A model generated the notes under the pieces. That model made no database searches, was not told where the DNA came from, and saw only the letters and a list, made by a program, of their open reading frames with translations. This document shows, one piece after another, positions 28,268 to 39,211 of a DNA stretch of 64,000 nucleotides (positions within the stretch are counted from its first letter, which is position 1; every line of letters starts with the position of its first letter). Made by a program: the position numbers and the translations under genes. The stretch is from Candidatus Poribacteria bacterium (GTDB taxonomy: Bacteria > Poribacteria > WGA-4E > WGA-3G): the NCBI GenBank assembly GCA_965198235.1, contig OZ240248.1, positions 256,001-320,000 of the forward strand, read 5' to 3'.

Positions 28268-29392
28268 CTAATAATCGGCGAAAGCCCCGTCGTCTGAGTG
28301 CCAGAACATTCCACGCAACCGAAACGTCTCATCTCGAACCGCTTCAATAGCAGCATCGTCCATATCGACACCGAGCCCGGGGGCTGTTGGTAGTTCAATG
28401 AATCCATCCTTGAACACCAAAGGAGTCGAAAATAGTCCTTCTCCGCGTCGGTGTCCACCCTCACATATCAGTAAATTCGGCACAGTCGCCATCACATGTA
28501 CAGATGCCGCGACTCCGATAGGACCGGCGGCGTTGTGTGGTGCGACTGCCATATTATGAATCTCCGCCATCGCTGCAATCTTTTTCAGTTCTGATATCCC
28601 ACCACAATGCCGGATATCCGGTTGCAAAATCGCGCACATCTCTCCTTCAATTATCTCTCGGAAACCCCATCGTGTCAAATGCCGCTCACCGGTCGCGATC
28701 GGCACTGTCGTTGATTGAGACAGGATCAGTAGGGGTTTGTTGTTTTCTGGATGGCACGGTTCTTCAGCGAACAGCAATCGGAAGGGTTCTAATTCTTTCA
28801 CTAAAATCATCGCCATCGTTGGGCTTAATCGCCGATGCAAATCAACAGCGATGTCAACCTCGTCACCCACTGCTGTTCGTACTGCCGCCACCCGCGCCAC
28901 CATCGTATCAATTGTCTTGGGTGTATCCACGAACCGAACAGGCTGCGGTGAGGCTCCCATCTTCACTGCCCGAAACCCTGTTGCAACTGCTTTCTTGGCA
29001 CGCTCTGCACACGCCTCAGGTGTTGTACCACCTATACCGGTATAGACACGGATCCGATTACGTACTGAACCTCCCAACAGTTTCCATACCGGCATCCCGA
29101 CAACTTTGCCGAACACATCCCACATCGCCATCTCAATACCGCTCAGTGCGCCGACCAACACTGGCATGCTCCGGCTATAACTTGACCGATACATCGCCTG
29201 CCAATGGTCTTCAATCTGTAGCGGGTCTTTGCCGACAAGGTATTCTGCCATGTCGTCCACGGCTTGGGCGACGACGCGCCAATGCTCGTAGTTCATGGGT
29301 TCACCGTAGCCGATTATCCCTGCGTCGGTGAACATTTTCAGCACCATTGCGCGACCTTGGATCGGTATCGTCTCAAATCCAGTAATCTTCAT
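28268..29392 (-). CDS. dgoD: Galactonate dehydratase-like enolase superfamily enzyme
   Basis: GYGEP, DLHRR, EEP, ATGER.., QPD and APHN motifs; start set at MKITGF. Confidence 0.75.
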   Translation of the reverse strand: MKITGFETIPIQGRAMVLKMFTDAGIIGYGEPMNYEHWRVVAQAVDDMAEYLVGKDPLQIEDHWQAMYRSSYSRSMPVLVGALSGIEMAMWDVFGKVVGMPVWKLLGGSVRNRIRVYTGIGGTTPEACAERAKKAVATGFRAVKMGASPQPVRFVDTPKTIDTMVARVAAVRTAVGDEVDIAVDLHRRLSPTMAMILVKELEPFRLLFAEEPCHPENNKPLLILSQSTTVPIATGERHLTRWGFREIIEGEMCAILQPDIRHCGGISELKKIAAMAEIHNMAVAPHNAAGPIGVAASVHVMATVPNLLICEGGHRRGEGLFSTPLVFKDGFIELPTAPGLGVDMDDAAIEAVRDETFRLRGMFWHSDDGAFADY

Positions 29393-29402
29393 AATCCTCG
29401 TC

Positions 29403-30467
29403 CTAAACCGGTTGCCACCGGATGATGCAGAAGTGTGAGTTTCCTGTAGCGTTCTCCCATTTGCTAACATCGCCGTAGCAGGAACCGATGAAGGTTAGTA
29501 TCTCTTCTCCGTCTAAACCAATGTGTCGTGGGAAACCAGCGACGTGTCCGTGACAGAGATAATAAACCTCGTCGGACCAGTTCTCGCCATTGTCGTCACT
29601 TACCATAGCCCTGCCACTACCGAGTTCTCGGGGATAACGATGGTCATAAGCTACAACAGCGCGGTTGTTAGAAAGCCCAACTGCGGCACCGTGGCATTGT
29701 CCATGCACGCTGGTCAGTTGACGGAGGTTTGTCCATGTAGCACCGTTGTCCACCGAGTCGGCGAGGAAAACAGTTTTGTCCGTGTGGGGTTGATCCGGCG
29801 GTCCCGGCTGATATCGGATAACCGCGAGCAGCCTTCCGGGAAAAAGTTCTGCAATGTTGACTTCGTTGCCGTAGTCTGACAAGAAGAAGCGGTTCGAGAA
29901 GGTGTGTCCGTCATCACCTGAAACGAAAACATAAGTCGGGTTCGTGCCTTCATAAAACGGGTCATCACGTCTTTTGATCGGTAGCAGGAGCGTCCCATCG
30001 CTGAGTCGAGTTAGGCTTGAACCGGCGACGGTTTTCTGAAATGGCGTGACATCTATTTCGCTCGTTTGCTCCCACGTTTGACCTTCATCATCGGAAAGCC
30101 AGACAGTGATTGGCGATTCTTCACCCTGTTGACTGACGTTAATGAGTTGCCCGTGATTATTGGCTTGCAACAACCACCCGTTGAAACCGAATGCAGACGG
30201 ATCTCTGTTGAGATGTTCCCACGTTCTACCGCCATCTGTAGACTTGGAGATGATGGTCTGTTGCACTGCATAGATAGTGTCGTCGGGAGCCAGAACGAGG
30301 TTCAATCCTTGGTAATGCGCTTGCGGATCCAAGGGCATACGGATTTTCTCCACTCCCACCTTGTTCAGCACGCCATCGCAGGCGTGTAGGATGTAGTCGT
30401 CGGCTTGCATCTCGCTTAATTGGCTTGGGATGACGACAACGCCTCCCATGTTTTCGGTTGATAACAT
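29403..30467 (-). CDS. Sialidase-like BNR/Asp-box beta-propeller protein
   Basis: Five SxDxGxTW-type repeats; no signal peptide. Confidence 0.75.
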   Translation of the reverse strand: MLSTENMGGVVVIPSQLSEMQADDYILHACDGVLNKVGVEKIRMPLDPQAHYQGLNLVLAPDDTIYAVQQTIISKSTDGGRTWEHLNRDPSAFGFNGWLLQANNHGQLINVSQQGEESPITVWLSDDEGQTWEQTSEIDVTPFQKTVAGSSLTRLSDGTLLLPIKRRDDPFYEGTNPTYVFVSGDDGHTFSNRFFLSDYGNEVNIAELFPGRLLAVIRYQPGPPDQPHTDKTVFLADSVDNGATWTNLRQLTSVHGQCHGAAVGLSNNRAVVAYDHRYPRELGSGRAMVSDDNGENWSDEVYYLCHGHVAGFPRHIGLDGEEILTFIGSCYGDVSKWENATGNSHFCIIRWQPV

Positions 30468-30603
30468 TTGCAGGACTCCCTCTACGGTAAATTTTCTCTT
30501 GTCTAACGTGATGAATTATGGCAAAATGTTTGACATGTCCTACTCCGCTAATTTACACCATAGCACCATACAATGCAAGCCATATTTGAAGGAAAAGATA
30601 GAT

Positions 30604-31284
30604 ATGAACATATTTGATGCGACTCGGAAAAAGTATAACGCGTCTGGTGTTCACCCGACAACCGATCCCGATGATCTGAGATCACAATTTGCTGTTGACA
30701 GATACAAAAACCACCTACCTAAACTGATAAAGCCCGGCATGCGCGCATTAGATTTAGGCTGCAATGCAGGACGTTTTACCTTTGCTATGGAAGACATGGG
30801 TGCGATAGCCACCGGTATTGACTTCGCAGAGATTCCACTCCGCCACGCCAGAAAGGTCGCAGAAAAAAGAAGGAGTCAATGCCAATTTAATATCGGGGAT
30901 ATAGTTGCTCTGCCTTACAAAAAGAACTCTTTCGATCTTGCCCTACTCCTTCAAAATAATGGTTACTTATCGTATCAGACGTTGGAGAGTTTATCAGTTC
31001 AGCTTAAGGAGATTCTATCGGACAGCGGTATTTTCGTTGTAATTATGCACGATGAATTGGTCAAGAGAGCAGGTGAGGAAACCCTTCCAGAGCGATACGA
31101 TATACAGACCGGTTTGATGGGCGGAAACATTACAATTCCTAACAAAGGTGTGTACGCGTCCCCATGGTACTTTTGGACAGTTGCCTTTGTGAAGTACATC
31201 ATTGAGCAGCACCTTCCTTTAAAAGCGATAGAGGAGATAGAAGAAAACAGATTCCTATTGGTATTCTGCAATAAAAACAGATGA
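30604..31284 (+). CDS. Class I SAM-dependent methyltransferase
   Basis: ALDLGCNAG, GIDFA and GDIVALPY..SFD motifs; start set at MNIFD. Confidence 0.82.
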   Translation: MNIFDATRKKYNASGVHPTTDPDDLRSQFAVDRYKNHLPKLIKPGMRALDLGCNAGRFTFAMEDMGAIATGIDFAEIPLRHARKVAEKRRSQCQFNIGDIVALPYKKNSFDLALLLQNNGYLSYQTLESLSVQLKEILSDSGIFVVIMHDELVKRAGEETLPERYDIQTGLMGGNITIPNKGVYASPWYFWTVAFVKYIIEQHLPLKAIEEIEENRFLLVFCNKNR

Positions 31285-31299
31285 GGGTTGAATAAAATT

Positions 31300-31540
31300 T
31301 TAGCCAACCCGACCGATGTACAAGATATGCGCAGCCATGTCCACGATGGCGGGTTCCGTTGCCGTTTCTAAAACTAATTCGACCCAACGTTTCCACTTTG
31401 CTGGGTCTTCTGCCATCTTGTTAGTCGCGGTAGATAATCCTGTTGAGAGTCCCTCACAACCCACCATTTCCAGTGTGGTCAACCCACATGATTCAGCAAG
31501 TTGCTGCAGTTCAGATGCCCGAAAGAAATGCCATAGACTA
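31300..31540 (-). pseudogene. C-terminal fragment of a methyltransferase-like gene
   Basis: HFFRASELQQLAESCGLTTLEMVGCEG...AAHILYIGR; no SAM-binding N-terminus. Confidence 0.5.
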
Positions 31541-31739
31541 TCTTGAACGAGGTTATTTCCTTAATCCTATATAGTTTTGAAAATTCGTAATTTTTCCGCT
31601 TGTTCTCACACGATAAAGCGTGGTAAAATAGCCAATACGCTTTTCAAGACCGCCTTCGCATTGATTGGTTACTTCAATTAGACACAATAAGGACGCACTG
31701 ATACCGAAGGATTCTCTGAAAAGTGCAGGAGTTCTGTAA

Positions 31740-32492
31740 ATGGCACAAAAAGACGCAATAGTACATCTCGAAACATTCGGTTATTGTTTGATTGAAGATG
31801 CAATTCCTGGGGCACAGGCCGATGCAATGGCGGAGAAATACTTCCAACTCCACCAAAATCCAGCGAATCGCGACGCTTTTCAGGATCCCGGTGCTGACCT
31901 GTATCAAACCCTTTTCGGTGTAGTTAACCTCGATGAGATGTGTTGGGAATGCATCGCGCATCCGCAGGTACTACAGGTCGTCCGCCATTTTCTCGGCGAT
32001 GGCGCACGGCTCGGAGAGGCGTGTACAAAGTGGGTCAAACCGCGGGCACCGCAGGGGGGTATCCATTCCGATTCAACGCATGATTTACCCGCGCGTCTAC
32101 CTGAAACGCCGTGGATGATTAATTCGATCTGGATGATAACGGATTTTACCGTTGAGAACGGTGCGACACTTGTTGTACCACTCAGCCATCGCGCACGACG
32201 TAGACCTTCGGCATCCGATATTGCAGAGAGTCATCCGGTGCCTGTCTGCGGACGGCGCGGTTCCGTACTGTTGTGGCACGGTGGTACATGGCACGGGCAA
32301 GGGGCAAACACAACCGACAACCAGCATCGCATGGCGTTGAATATCGCTTACTACCCTCCTTGGTGGAATCTGATGCGCGAAGGTGGTCATCAACCCGTTT
32401 TCCCAGAGACGTTTGCACGTATGCCGGAGGACCTCCAGGCACTCGTCCGACATAAGGTAGCGAAACGACGTGCGGATATCTATGAGTTTTGA
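31740..32492 (+). CDS. Phytanoyl-CoA dioxygenase (PhyH) family protein
   Basis: HSD, NGATLVVP.SH and WHG.GAN...R motifs. Confidence 0.88.
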   Translation: MAQKDAIVHLETFGYCLIEDAIPGAQADAMAEKYFQLHQNPANRDAFQDPGADLYQTLFGVVNLDEMCWECIAHPQVLQVVRHFLGDGARLGEACTKWVKPRAPQGGIHSDSTHDLPARLPETPWMINSIWMITDFTVENGATLVVPLSHRARRRPSASDIAESHPVPVCGRRGSVLLWHGGTWHGQGANTTDNQHRMALNIAYYPPWWNLMREGGHQPVFPETFARMPEDLQALVRHKVAKRRADIYEF

Positions 32493-32520
32493 GTTAGGTT
32501 GTCTTGTATCAGTAGTCAGT

Positions 32521-33774
32521 TCATTTCACCCGTTGCCCTGCTTGAAACACCGCAGCCACTCGGCTAAAAGCATCTACGTCGTTCGTTGGATCGCTCTCGA
32601 AAGCGACGAGGTCAGCGATTTTGCCCGGTGCAATGGTCCCGAGGTCGTCCGCCATTCCGATTGCCTCGGCGGAAATGCGGGTCGCTGAGATAAGTGCTTC
32701 CGCAGGCGTAAACCCGACTTGGACAAGTAGTTGCAAATCGTAGTCGAGATGACCGAATGCGAGATTACCAACGCCTGAATCGGTGCCGGGGACAATCCGA
32801 TCGCGGAGCCCGTAGTCAAGCATACGTCGCATCACATCAAGGCGTACTTCCGCCCGCGTTTCAAGTCGTTGCAATTCGGTCGCTTCGTCAGGGGAAATGG
32901 TATCCGTGTCACGTTTCGTACGGAGTTCAACGATGCGAGGATAACCCGTCCACGCTTGAAGGGTTGGGCTAATCCAGATGCCGGATTCTGCCATCATCTC
33001 GGCAATTTTGGGATCAAACCGGAGTTCACCATCTGGGTCGAGGAATTCCGCATGCTCCATCAGATCAATGCCTGCTTCAACCGCTCGCACCATCGACTCT
33101 TTCGCTCGGCAATGCGCTACCGTAAGCCGATGAAAATGGTGCGCCTCATGGACAGCGGCGTGCAACTCAGCGACGGAGTAACTGGCGCGTCCCGGAATCG
33201 TCCCGGCAGTTCCTCCACCTGATGCCATGATTTTGATGTAATCTGCGCCTTCGTGAACCAAGCGGCGGACCGAACGTCGCATCTCAGCCTCGCCATCCGC
33301 TGTCTCGTTACACATGTGGAAGTGCCCACCCGTGCAAGTGATCGGTCGTCCGCTCACTAAGGTGCGCGGACCCGGAATATAACCGCGTTCAAGCCCTTCC
33401 TTGAGTGTGAATCCTACCTTGTTCCTTGCACCGTGTTCGCGAAGGGTCGTAATCCCTGCGGCGAGATGGCGTTGCAGATTCATCGCGCCTGTCAGCACCA
33501 TCATCTCATCGGTTTCGGAGAACATCTGAATATAATTTCGTCCGTCACCTGCGAGGCTCAGATGTGTATGCCCATCAATGAGTCCCGGCGTGATGTACGC
33601 GTCTCCAAGGTCGATAACTTCTGCATCAAGGGGTGTCTGTTTCGTAATCTCTTCTTGATGTCCAACGGCATCAATCCGACCGTCGGTGACAAGAATCGCC
33701 TGATCGGTTTTAGCGTATGTACTTACCCCATCGATGAGCCGAGCGGCACGGATCTGAACAGTTTGATTTGACAT
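32521..33774 (-). CDS. Metal-dependent amidohydrolase
   Basis: PGLIDGHTH, IKIMASGG, EHA, GTDSG and GKIADL motifs; start set at MSNQTV because the longer ORF runs into a repeat. Confidence 0.88.
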   Translation of the reverse strand: MSNQTVQIRAARLIDGVSTYAKTDQAILVTDGRIDAVGHQEEITKQTPLDAEVIDLGDAYITPGLIDGHTHLSLAGDGRNYIQMFSETDEMMVLTGAMNLQRHLAAGITTLREHGARNKVGFTLKEGLERGYIPGPRTLVSGRPITCTGGHFHMCNETADGEAEMRRSVRRLVHEGADYIKIMASGGGTAGTIPGRASYSVAELHAAVHEAHHFHRLTVAHCRAKESMVRAVEAGIDLMEHAEFLDPDGELRFDPKIAEMMAESGIWISPTLQAWTGYPRIVELRTKRDTDTISPDEATELQRLETRAEVRLDVMRRMLDYGLRDRIVPGTDSGVGNLAFGHLDYDLQLLVQVGFTPAEALISATRISAEAIGMADDLGTIAPGKIADLVAFESDPTNDVDAFSRVAAVFQAGQRVK

Positions 33775-33934
33775 ATTTTTAACTATGGCCCCCTGGACTG
33801 CCCTCCAAATGTAAAGCAAAGACAAATTATGCCATTTAAGGCATAATTTCATTACGGGCAGGTTTCTGGTTAATTCGCGGCTGGGTTAAATCTATTGACG
33901 GTTCTTTTATCACGGTATTTGAGGGTCTCTTTTT

Positions 33935-34777
33935 TCAGACCCGCACAACAAATTCACATCCCTGTCGGAACCACTCCCGCAGGATAGTGTCTTCGTTACA
34001 GGTCCGTTTCGCTTGCGAACCTGTTGCCTGCGAGATGTCTATTGTTGCCGAAACGATGTCATCTCCGAAAAATCCAGCCTCTTTGATGACATTACCATCT
34101 GGATGCACGATCTTCGAGTTCCCGTGCGACGATCCGGGTGAGCGGATGTCATCAGGATTTGCAGGTGTATTCGCCATCAGGAGATAGATACCGTTTTCTG
34201 TCGCACGTGAGATCGGCATGGCGCGGTAAGCGGAAAGTTTATATTCTGACAGCAATCCCGCCTCACACGAGCAGAAGATACAGAGTTGCGCGCCCATCGC
34301 CGCGGGTAGTTTAACCAATTCTGGGTAGCGAACATCGTGGCAGATGATAAAGCAACACGCAACACCAGCGAGTTCCACAATCGGTAGCGGACCACGATTG
34401 TTGGTACACCACTGCTCCCCTGCGAGAAAGGTTTTGCCATAACGGTATTTGAGGGTCCCTTGCGGATCGAAAATCGCGAGGTCGTTGTGCCAGTTATCCC
34501 CATCGTGATGCGCGGAGCCGACAATAACGGCTATCCCGTGCCGACGTGCTGCCTCAGCAATTTTTGCCTCAGCCTCTTTAAAAACCTGTGGAGAAATATG
34601 TTCCCAATAGTCCGTCCGGCAGCAGTAGCCGAACAGACACCCTTCTGGAAATGCCGCAATCTGGATCTCCATCTCTGCACACGTTTCAATCTGCTGGAGC
34701 ACTTTTGCAGTATTGGCGGAAACGTCCTCGCTTGTGAGCAATTGACATGCCGCGATTTTAACCTGGTTATTAACCAT
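33935..34777 (-). CDS. Carbon-nitrogen hydrolase
   Basis: FPEG, YGKT and ICHDVRYPE motifs. Confidence 0.88.
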   Translation of the reverse strand: MVNNQVKIAACQLLTSEDVSANTAKVLQQIETCAEMEIQIAAFPEGCLFGYCCRTDYWEHISPQVFKEAEAKIAEAARRHGIAVIVGSAHHDGDNWHNDLAIFDPQGTLKYRYGKTFLAGEQWCTNNRGPLPIVELAGVACCFIICHDVRYPELVKLPAAMGAQLCIFCSCEAGLLSEYKLSAYRAMPISRATENGIYLLMANTPANPDDIRSPGSSHGNSKIVHPDGNVIKEAGFFGDDIVSATIDISQATGSQAKRTCNEDTILREWFRQGCEFVVRV

Positions 34778-35018
34778 CTGAGTGCCTCCTTTCTGTTTCT
34801 GCCATTGTAGCACACCGATCTGTTTGGTTCAAGCATTGCTGACATCCACAAAACACGAAAACCAATTGACAGGCACCGAGCAATTTGGTATAAAGAAGCA
34901 GTCAGTCATCAGCGATCAGAAGAATACCCATCAGCAATCAGCAAAAAGGTTTCCGTCAGCGGGTCCGCCGACAGCCGACGGCTGAAGGCTGATAGCCAAT
35001 ACGTAGGAGAAATGCATC

Positions 35019-36179
35019 ATGAAAATTACTGACATCAAACCGTATCCTGTTTGGGTAGGACACAGAAATCAACACATCGTTAAAGTGGAAACCGATGAAG
35101 GCATCTATGGTTGGGGCGAATCTGGGCTTTCGAGCCGAGAATTGGCTGTGGTCGGTGCGGTTAAACACTATCGTGAATTCCTGATTGGGCGCGATCCGAT
35201 GCGGATCGGTGGATTGTGGCAGGAGATGTACCGAAGCCAATATTTTGAGGGCGGTCGTGCATTGACCGGGGCGATCTCGGCGATCGACATCGCACTCCAC
35301 GATATTGTCGGGAAGGCATTGAACGTGCCGGTCTACCAATTGCTCGGTGGAAAGCAACGCGACGCTGTTCCGTGTTTCGCAACGACGGGTGCGGCTACGG
35401 TCAAGGAACTAATTGCGAACGCGAATTTATTGCTTGAGAACGGATGGAACGTTATCCGAACAAACGTCCTGCATCGTGCGAAGCCGGGCGAGGAACACAT
35501 CTTTGAACCACGCGAGTCCATCAGCCTCGCGGCGGAGTGGTTGACAGCACTTCGAGAAGCCATTGGGTCTGAACCTGTCCTCGGTATCGACTATCACCAC
35601 CGGCTCAGCGTTGCGGAAGCGGCATCTTTTTGCCAACGTATGCCCTCCGGTACGCTTGATTTTTTGGAGGAGCCGATCCGAGATGAAACACCAGAGGCGT
35701 ATGAATCTCTGCGGACGATGGTGGATGTTCCGTTTGCTATTGGTGAGGAATTTTCCAGTAAGTGGCAGTTTCTTCCCTATCTGGAGCGCGGCATCACCAA
35801 CTTTGCTCGACTTGATGTGTGCAATGTCGGTGGATTAACGGAATCGATGAAGGTTGCTGGCTTGGCTGAAGCGCACTACATCGACCTGATGCCACACAAC
35901 CCATTAGGTCCCATTTGCACGGCTGCGACGGTTCATCTGGCAGCGGCAGTTCCGAACTTCGCTTGGTTAGAAATCCGAGTCTCTCCAACAGAAAAATCTG
36001 GACATTATGATGAGGATCTATTTCCGGTGCAACACAAACTTGACGGCGCAGTTATACCGGTGCCGGATACTCCCGGCTTGGGCGTTGAAGTTGATGAAGA
36101 ACTCGTAACGTCACAGACCTACAAATTCTCGGAACCGCCACACCTCCGCCGACGGGACGGATCACACACCAACTGGTAG
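35019..36179 (+). CDS. Enolase superfamily dehydratase (galactonate/mannonate dehydratase-like)
   Basis: GWGE, DIALHD, DYHHR, EEP, GEE and PHNP motifs. Confidence 0.88.
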   Translation: MKITDIKPYPVWVGHRNQHIVKVETDEGIYGWGESGLSSRELAVVGAVKHYREFLIGRDPMRIGGLWQEMYRSQYFEGGRALTGAISAIDIALHDIVGKALNVPVYQLLGGKQRDAVPCFATTGAATVKELIANANLLLENGWNVIRTNVLHRAKPGEEHIFEPRESISLAAEWLTALREAIGSEPVLGIDYHHRLSVAEAASFCQRMPSGTLDFLEEPIRDETPEAYESLRTMVDVPFAIGEEFSSKWQFLPYLERGITNFARLDVCNVGGLTESMKVAGLAEAHYIDLMPHNPLGPICTAATVHLAAAVPNFAWLEIRVSPTEKSGHYDEDLFPVQHKLDGAVIPVPDTPGLGVEVDEELVTSQTYKFSEPPHLRRRDGSHTNW

Positions 36180-36300
36180 TGTGCCATAGGAGAAGTGTGC
36201 CCCTCACACTAAAGTGACAATTGCATTCAGAATGTATGCTATAATCTGAAAAATAATTCGCTTCGTTATTGAACTAACATAAGGAGGGTCGTATCAACTG

Positions 36301-37230
36301 ATGAAAACGCAATCAATTAGGTACGGAGAAAACGGCGGGGTCGAGATCATTGATATCAATGTGTCCGATCCACAAGTTGATGAAGTGCAAGTTCAGCGTT
36401 CCGCGTGTGGCATCTGCGCATGGGACTTAGCGACCTTTCGGGACGGTGGTTACGCGCCTCCCGGTCATGAAGGCGTTGGTTATGTCACAAAAGTTGGGAG
36501 CGGTGCCCGGGGTATTGAGGAAGGGATGCGTGTGGCGAGTGTAGAGTTGGGGTTCGATGGTATCAAAAACTGTTCAACTGAAGACATATATGTACTTCCA
36601 GAATCGGATCTTGCGGACGAATACTGGCTTGTTGAGCCGGTTTCATGCGTTGTAACAGGTCTCGACACCGCTCCCTTGCTACCTGCCGACAACGTTGCAG
36701 TTATCGGATGCGGTTTTATGGGACTAATGTTCGTCCAGGCACTGAGCCGATTCTACACGTATGACCTTATCGCCATTGATCTCGTTGAGAAACGTCTGAA
36801 ACTGGCAAAATCGCTCGGTGCGAAACTCACGTATAATCCTAAGGAAATTGATGCCTCCGAGCTGGTATCAGAGCTGAAAGCACGTCCAATTGACGTGGTG
36901 TTCGACTGCTCTGGCAAGGCTGCAGGATTAAATCTTGCCACTAAAATTGTTCGCAGGGGTGGACATATCAATCTCTTCGGTTGTATTCGAGAGGAAGTGA
37001 CGATCAACGGTTCCGAGTGGCATGGCGGCGCGTTTAATTTGGTGAGCTCGTCGCCGGGTGCAAAGATTCGGGACCCGTTTCCGCCGGCGATCCGGCTTCT
37101 TGAGCGTGGCCACATCGACCTAAAGTCTCTCGTAACGCACATTGTCCCGCTTGAGGATTATCCAGCACTTCTCAAGGAAGCAACGGGTGGAGAGGGAAGC
37201 TACATCAAAGGTGTCGTGAAGGCGATGTAG
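36301..37230 (+). CDS. Zinc-binding dehydrogenase (MDR family)
   Basis: CGIC..D, GHEG, EP..C and GCGFMG motifs. Confidence 0.85.
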   Translation: MKTQSIRYGENGGVEIIDINVSDPQVDEVQVQRSACGICAWDLATFRDGGYAPPGHEGVGYVTKVGSGARGIEEGMRVASVELGFDGIKNCSTEDIYVLPESDLADEYWLVEPVSCVVTGLDTAPLLPADNVAVIGCGFMGLMFVQALSRFYTYDLIAIDLVEKRLKLAKSLGAKLTYNPKEIDASELVSELKARPIDVVFDCSGKAAGLNLATKIVRRGGHINLFGCIREEVTINGSEWHGGAFNLVSSSPGAKIRDPFPPAIRLLERGHIDLKSLVTHIVPLEDYPALLKEATGGEGSYIKGVVKAM

Positions 37231-37353
37231 TGGAGCCACAGAGGAAATTATAACTGACTGCTGATGACTGATGGATGATACCTAACACACAGGGGATGTC
37301 TCAGCAAAGTGTTCTAAGGGCATGATGGAAGAAACTTTTTTGAGAAGGAGCGT

Positions 37354-37830
37354 TTGATGAAGTTTAGATTGCGTGAAAAGTTGAAATATATGTTTTTAGG
37401 TGGATTGCTGACCCTTGCTGGTTTTATGTTTGGTAACATGACCAGTGATACGACAGCACAATTCGGATATGAAACAATTGATAAACTGACCGTCGGAGAG
37501 TTAATCGTGCGTAAGGATATAAGGGTAATGAGTGATGATATGGATCCTCGAGTTCATATCTCTTGGGACAGAAATGGTGGACGTGTGATAACTTATGGTC
37601 CAAAGGGGATGGGTGCCGCTTCTCTTTTGGTTGCGGAGGGTAGTGGAGTTGTGACAACTCAGGGGTCAAAGGAGAAAACCGGCGCTTCTCTCATGGTGAA
37701 TGAGGGAGGCGGGGTCCTATCACTTTTCGCGCCTGATGGAAAAGCCAGGATTGTCTTAGGTATAGCCGAGGGTGACGGTGTTGCTTACTTAGTCAATAAA
37801 TTTGGTGATGCGCGTGTATTGAAACCTTAG
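37354..37830 (+). CDS. Hypothetical membrane-anchored protein with Gly-rich beta repeats
   Basis: N-terminal hydrophobic helix; about 22-aa repeats (GGRVITYGPKG / SGVVTTQGSKE / GGVLSLFAPDG); AAGGAG RBS. Confidence 0.65.
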   Translation: MMKFRLREKLKYMFLGGLLTLAGFMFGNMTSDTTAQFGYETIDKLTVGELIVRKDIRVMSDDMDPRVHISWDRNGGRVITYGPKGMGAASLLVAEGSGVVTTQGSKEKTGASLMVNEGGGVLSLFAPDGKARIVLGIAEGDGVAYLVNKFGDARVLKP

Positions 37831-37840
37831 TTAATAACGT

Positions 37841-38050
37841 GTGGACACAATGATTTCTGAATTACACTATAAAATCTTAGATGATGCAAATCGCGAGCTG
37901 GCGACGCGTTTTGAGAAACTCCAGAAAGCACGCGCCAGCCGCGATCGTGACAGCATCAAACATGTCGAGATGGACTATTTCCACGCCTTGCAACACCTTT
38001 ACGCCGCGGTGCAAGATGCCGTCGCTGACGGAAACCACCAATCCCGGTAG
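37841..38050 (+). CDS. Small helical hypothetical protein
   Basis: 69-aa ORF directly after the previous gene. Confidence 0.45.
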   Translation: MDTMISELHYKILDDANRELATRFEKLQKARASRDRDSIKHVEMDYFHALQHLYAAVQDAVADGNHQSR

Positions 38051-38083
38051 GGGACCTGTGAACAAGTATTTATGAGGTAGGTT

Positions 38084-39211
38084 CTATCCAAACAGGTATT
38101 TTTGCACAACATCTTCTCGCACCGTGACTCCCAGTCCCGGGACATCTCGGACAGCCACATAACCGTCCTCATGTGCCCACGGATCGCTGACCAATTCATG
38201 CTGCATTGGGGATTCGTGGGGCTTAAAATCCGTACAATCGGCATGTGTCGAACTCGCTAACATATGCAGACTCGCCGCGGTGTTTAAGGCACTACTCCAT
38301 GAATGGGCACTGAACAGAAGGTTCTCTGCCTCAATCAGTTTAATGACATGTCGGCTGCCGGTGAGTCCATGGCAACGTCCCGGATCAATTTGCACAATAT
38401 CGACACCGCCGGATTGGATGAGCCGTTTGTAACTTTCAACATTCCACTCATCCTCACCTGTTCCGATGGGTGTCATGACCGCCGATCGCAGCTGGGCATA
38501 CGCTTCAAAATTATCGGGCGGCAAGGGTTGCTCAATCCATTTGAGCCGATAGGGCTCGAGATCTCGGAAGCGTTGAATGGCTGTCGGGACATCCCAAATG
38601 CGATGGTGCCCAGGAGTGTCAACGACCAACTCAGGTTCGTCTCCGATGACCTCACGCACGCGACGAATCATCTCAAGGTCACGCTGGCGGTCGTGGCCGA
38701 ATAACGCCTCTGGTCGCATCCCCCAACCGCCTTTGACAACGCGGTAGTTTTGCTCTCGCAACCATCGAAATTCGTTGAGCGTCCATTCCAGGTCTTCCAT
38801 ATCAAAGATGATTGATGCCATTGCGACGATTTTGTCATGGAGTTGACCGCCAAGGAGTTGGCAAACAGGTAAACCGAGTGCCTTCCCTTTTAGGTCCCAT
38901 AACGCCATATCCACAGCACTGACAGCAAATGCGGCGATGCCTTCGGGTCCATACCACCAGATGCGGTCGAGCATTTTATGCCAGTGCCGTTCCACATCCA
39001 AAGCATCTTCACCGGTAAGCATCGGTGCAAATCCCTGATCAATAATTATCTTTGTTGCGAGTGTTGCTTCTCGAAATTGTGAGATACACTCTCCCCAGCC
39101 CACAAGACCGTCGTCGCTTTCCACGCGAGCGAGCGTGATGTAACGTTCGATACCTTTATAGTGTGGCTCCGGGTAGGCGAGTGGAAATGCTTGAATTTTT
39201 TGAATTTTCAT
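38084..39211 (-). CDS. Mandelate racemase family enzyme
   Basis: GWGE, DMALWDLKGK, EQP and GEDE motifs; start set at MKIQKI with AAAGGAG upstream. Confidence 0.88.
   Translation of the reverse strand: MKIQKIQAFPLAYPEPHYKGIERYITLARVESDDGLVGWGECISQFREATLATKIIIDQGFAPMLTGEDALDVERHWHKMLDRIWWYGPEGIAAFAVSAVDMALWDLKGKALGLPVCQLLGGQLHDKIVAMASIIFDMEDLEWTLNEFRWLREQNYRVVKGGWGMRPEALFGHDRQRDLEMIRRVREVIGDEPELVVDTPGHHRIWDVPTAIQRFRDLEPYRLKWIEQPLPPDNFEAYAQLRSAVMTPIGTGEDEWNVESYKRLIQSGGVDIVQIDPGRCHGLTGSRHVIKLIEAENLLFSAHSWSSALNTAASLHMLASSTHADCTDFKPHESPMQHELVSDPWAHEDGYVAVRDVPGLGVTVREDVVQKYLFG

Noticed and set aside
28537-29331. 264-aa plus-strand ORF
   Set aside because: Antisense shadow of the dgoD-like gene with no recognisable motifs.
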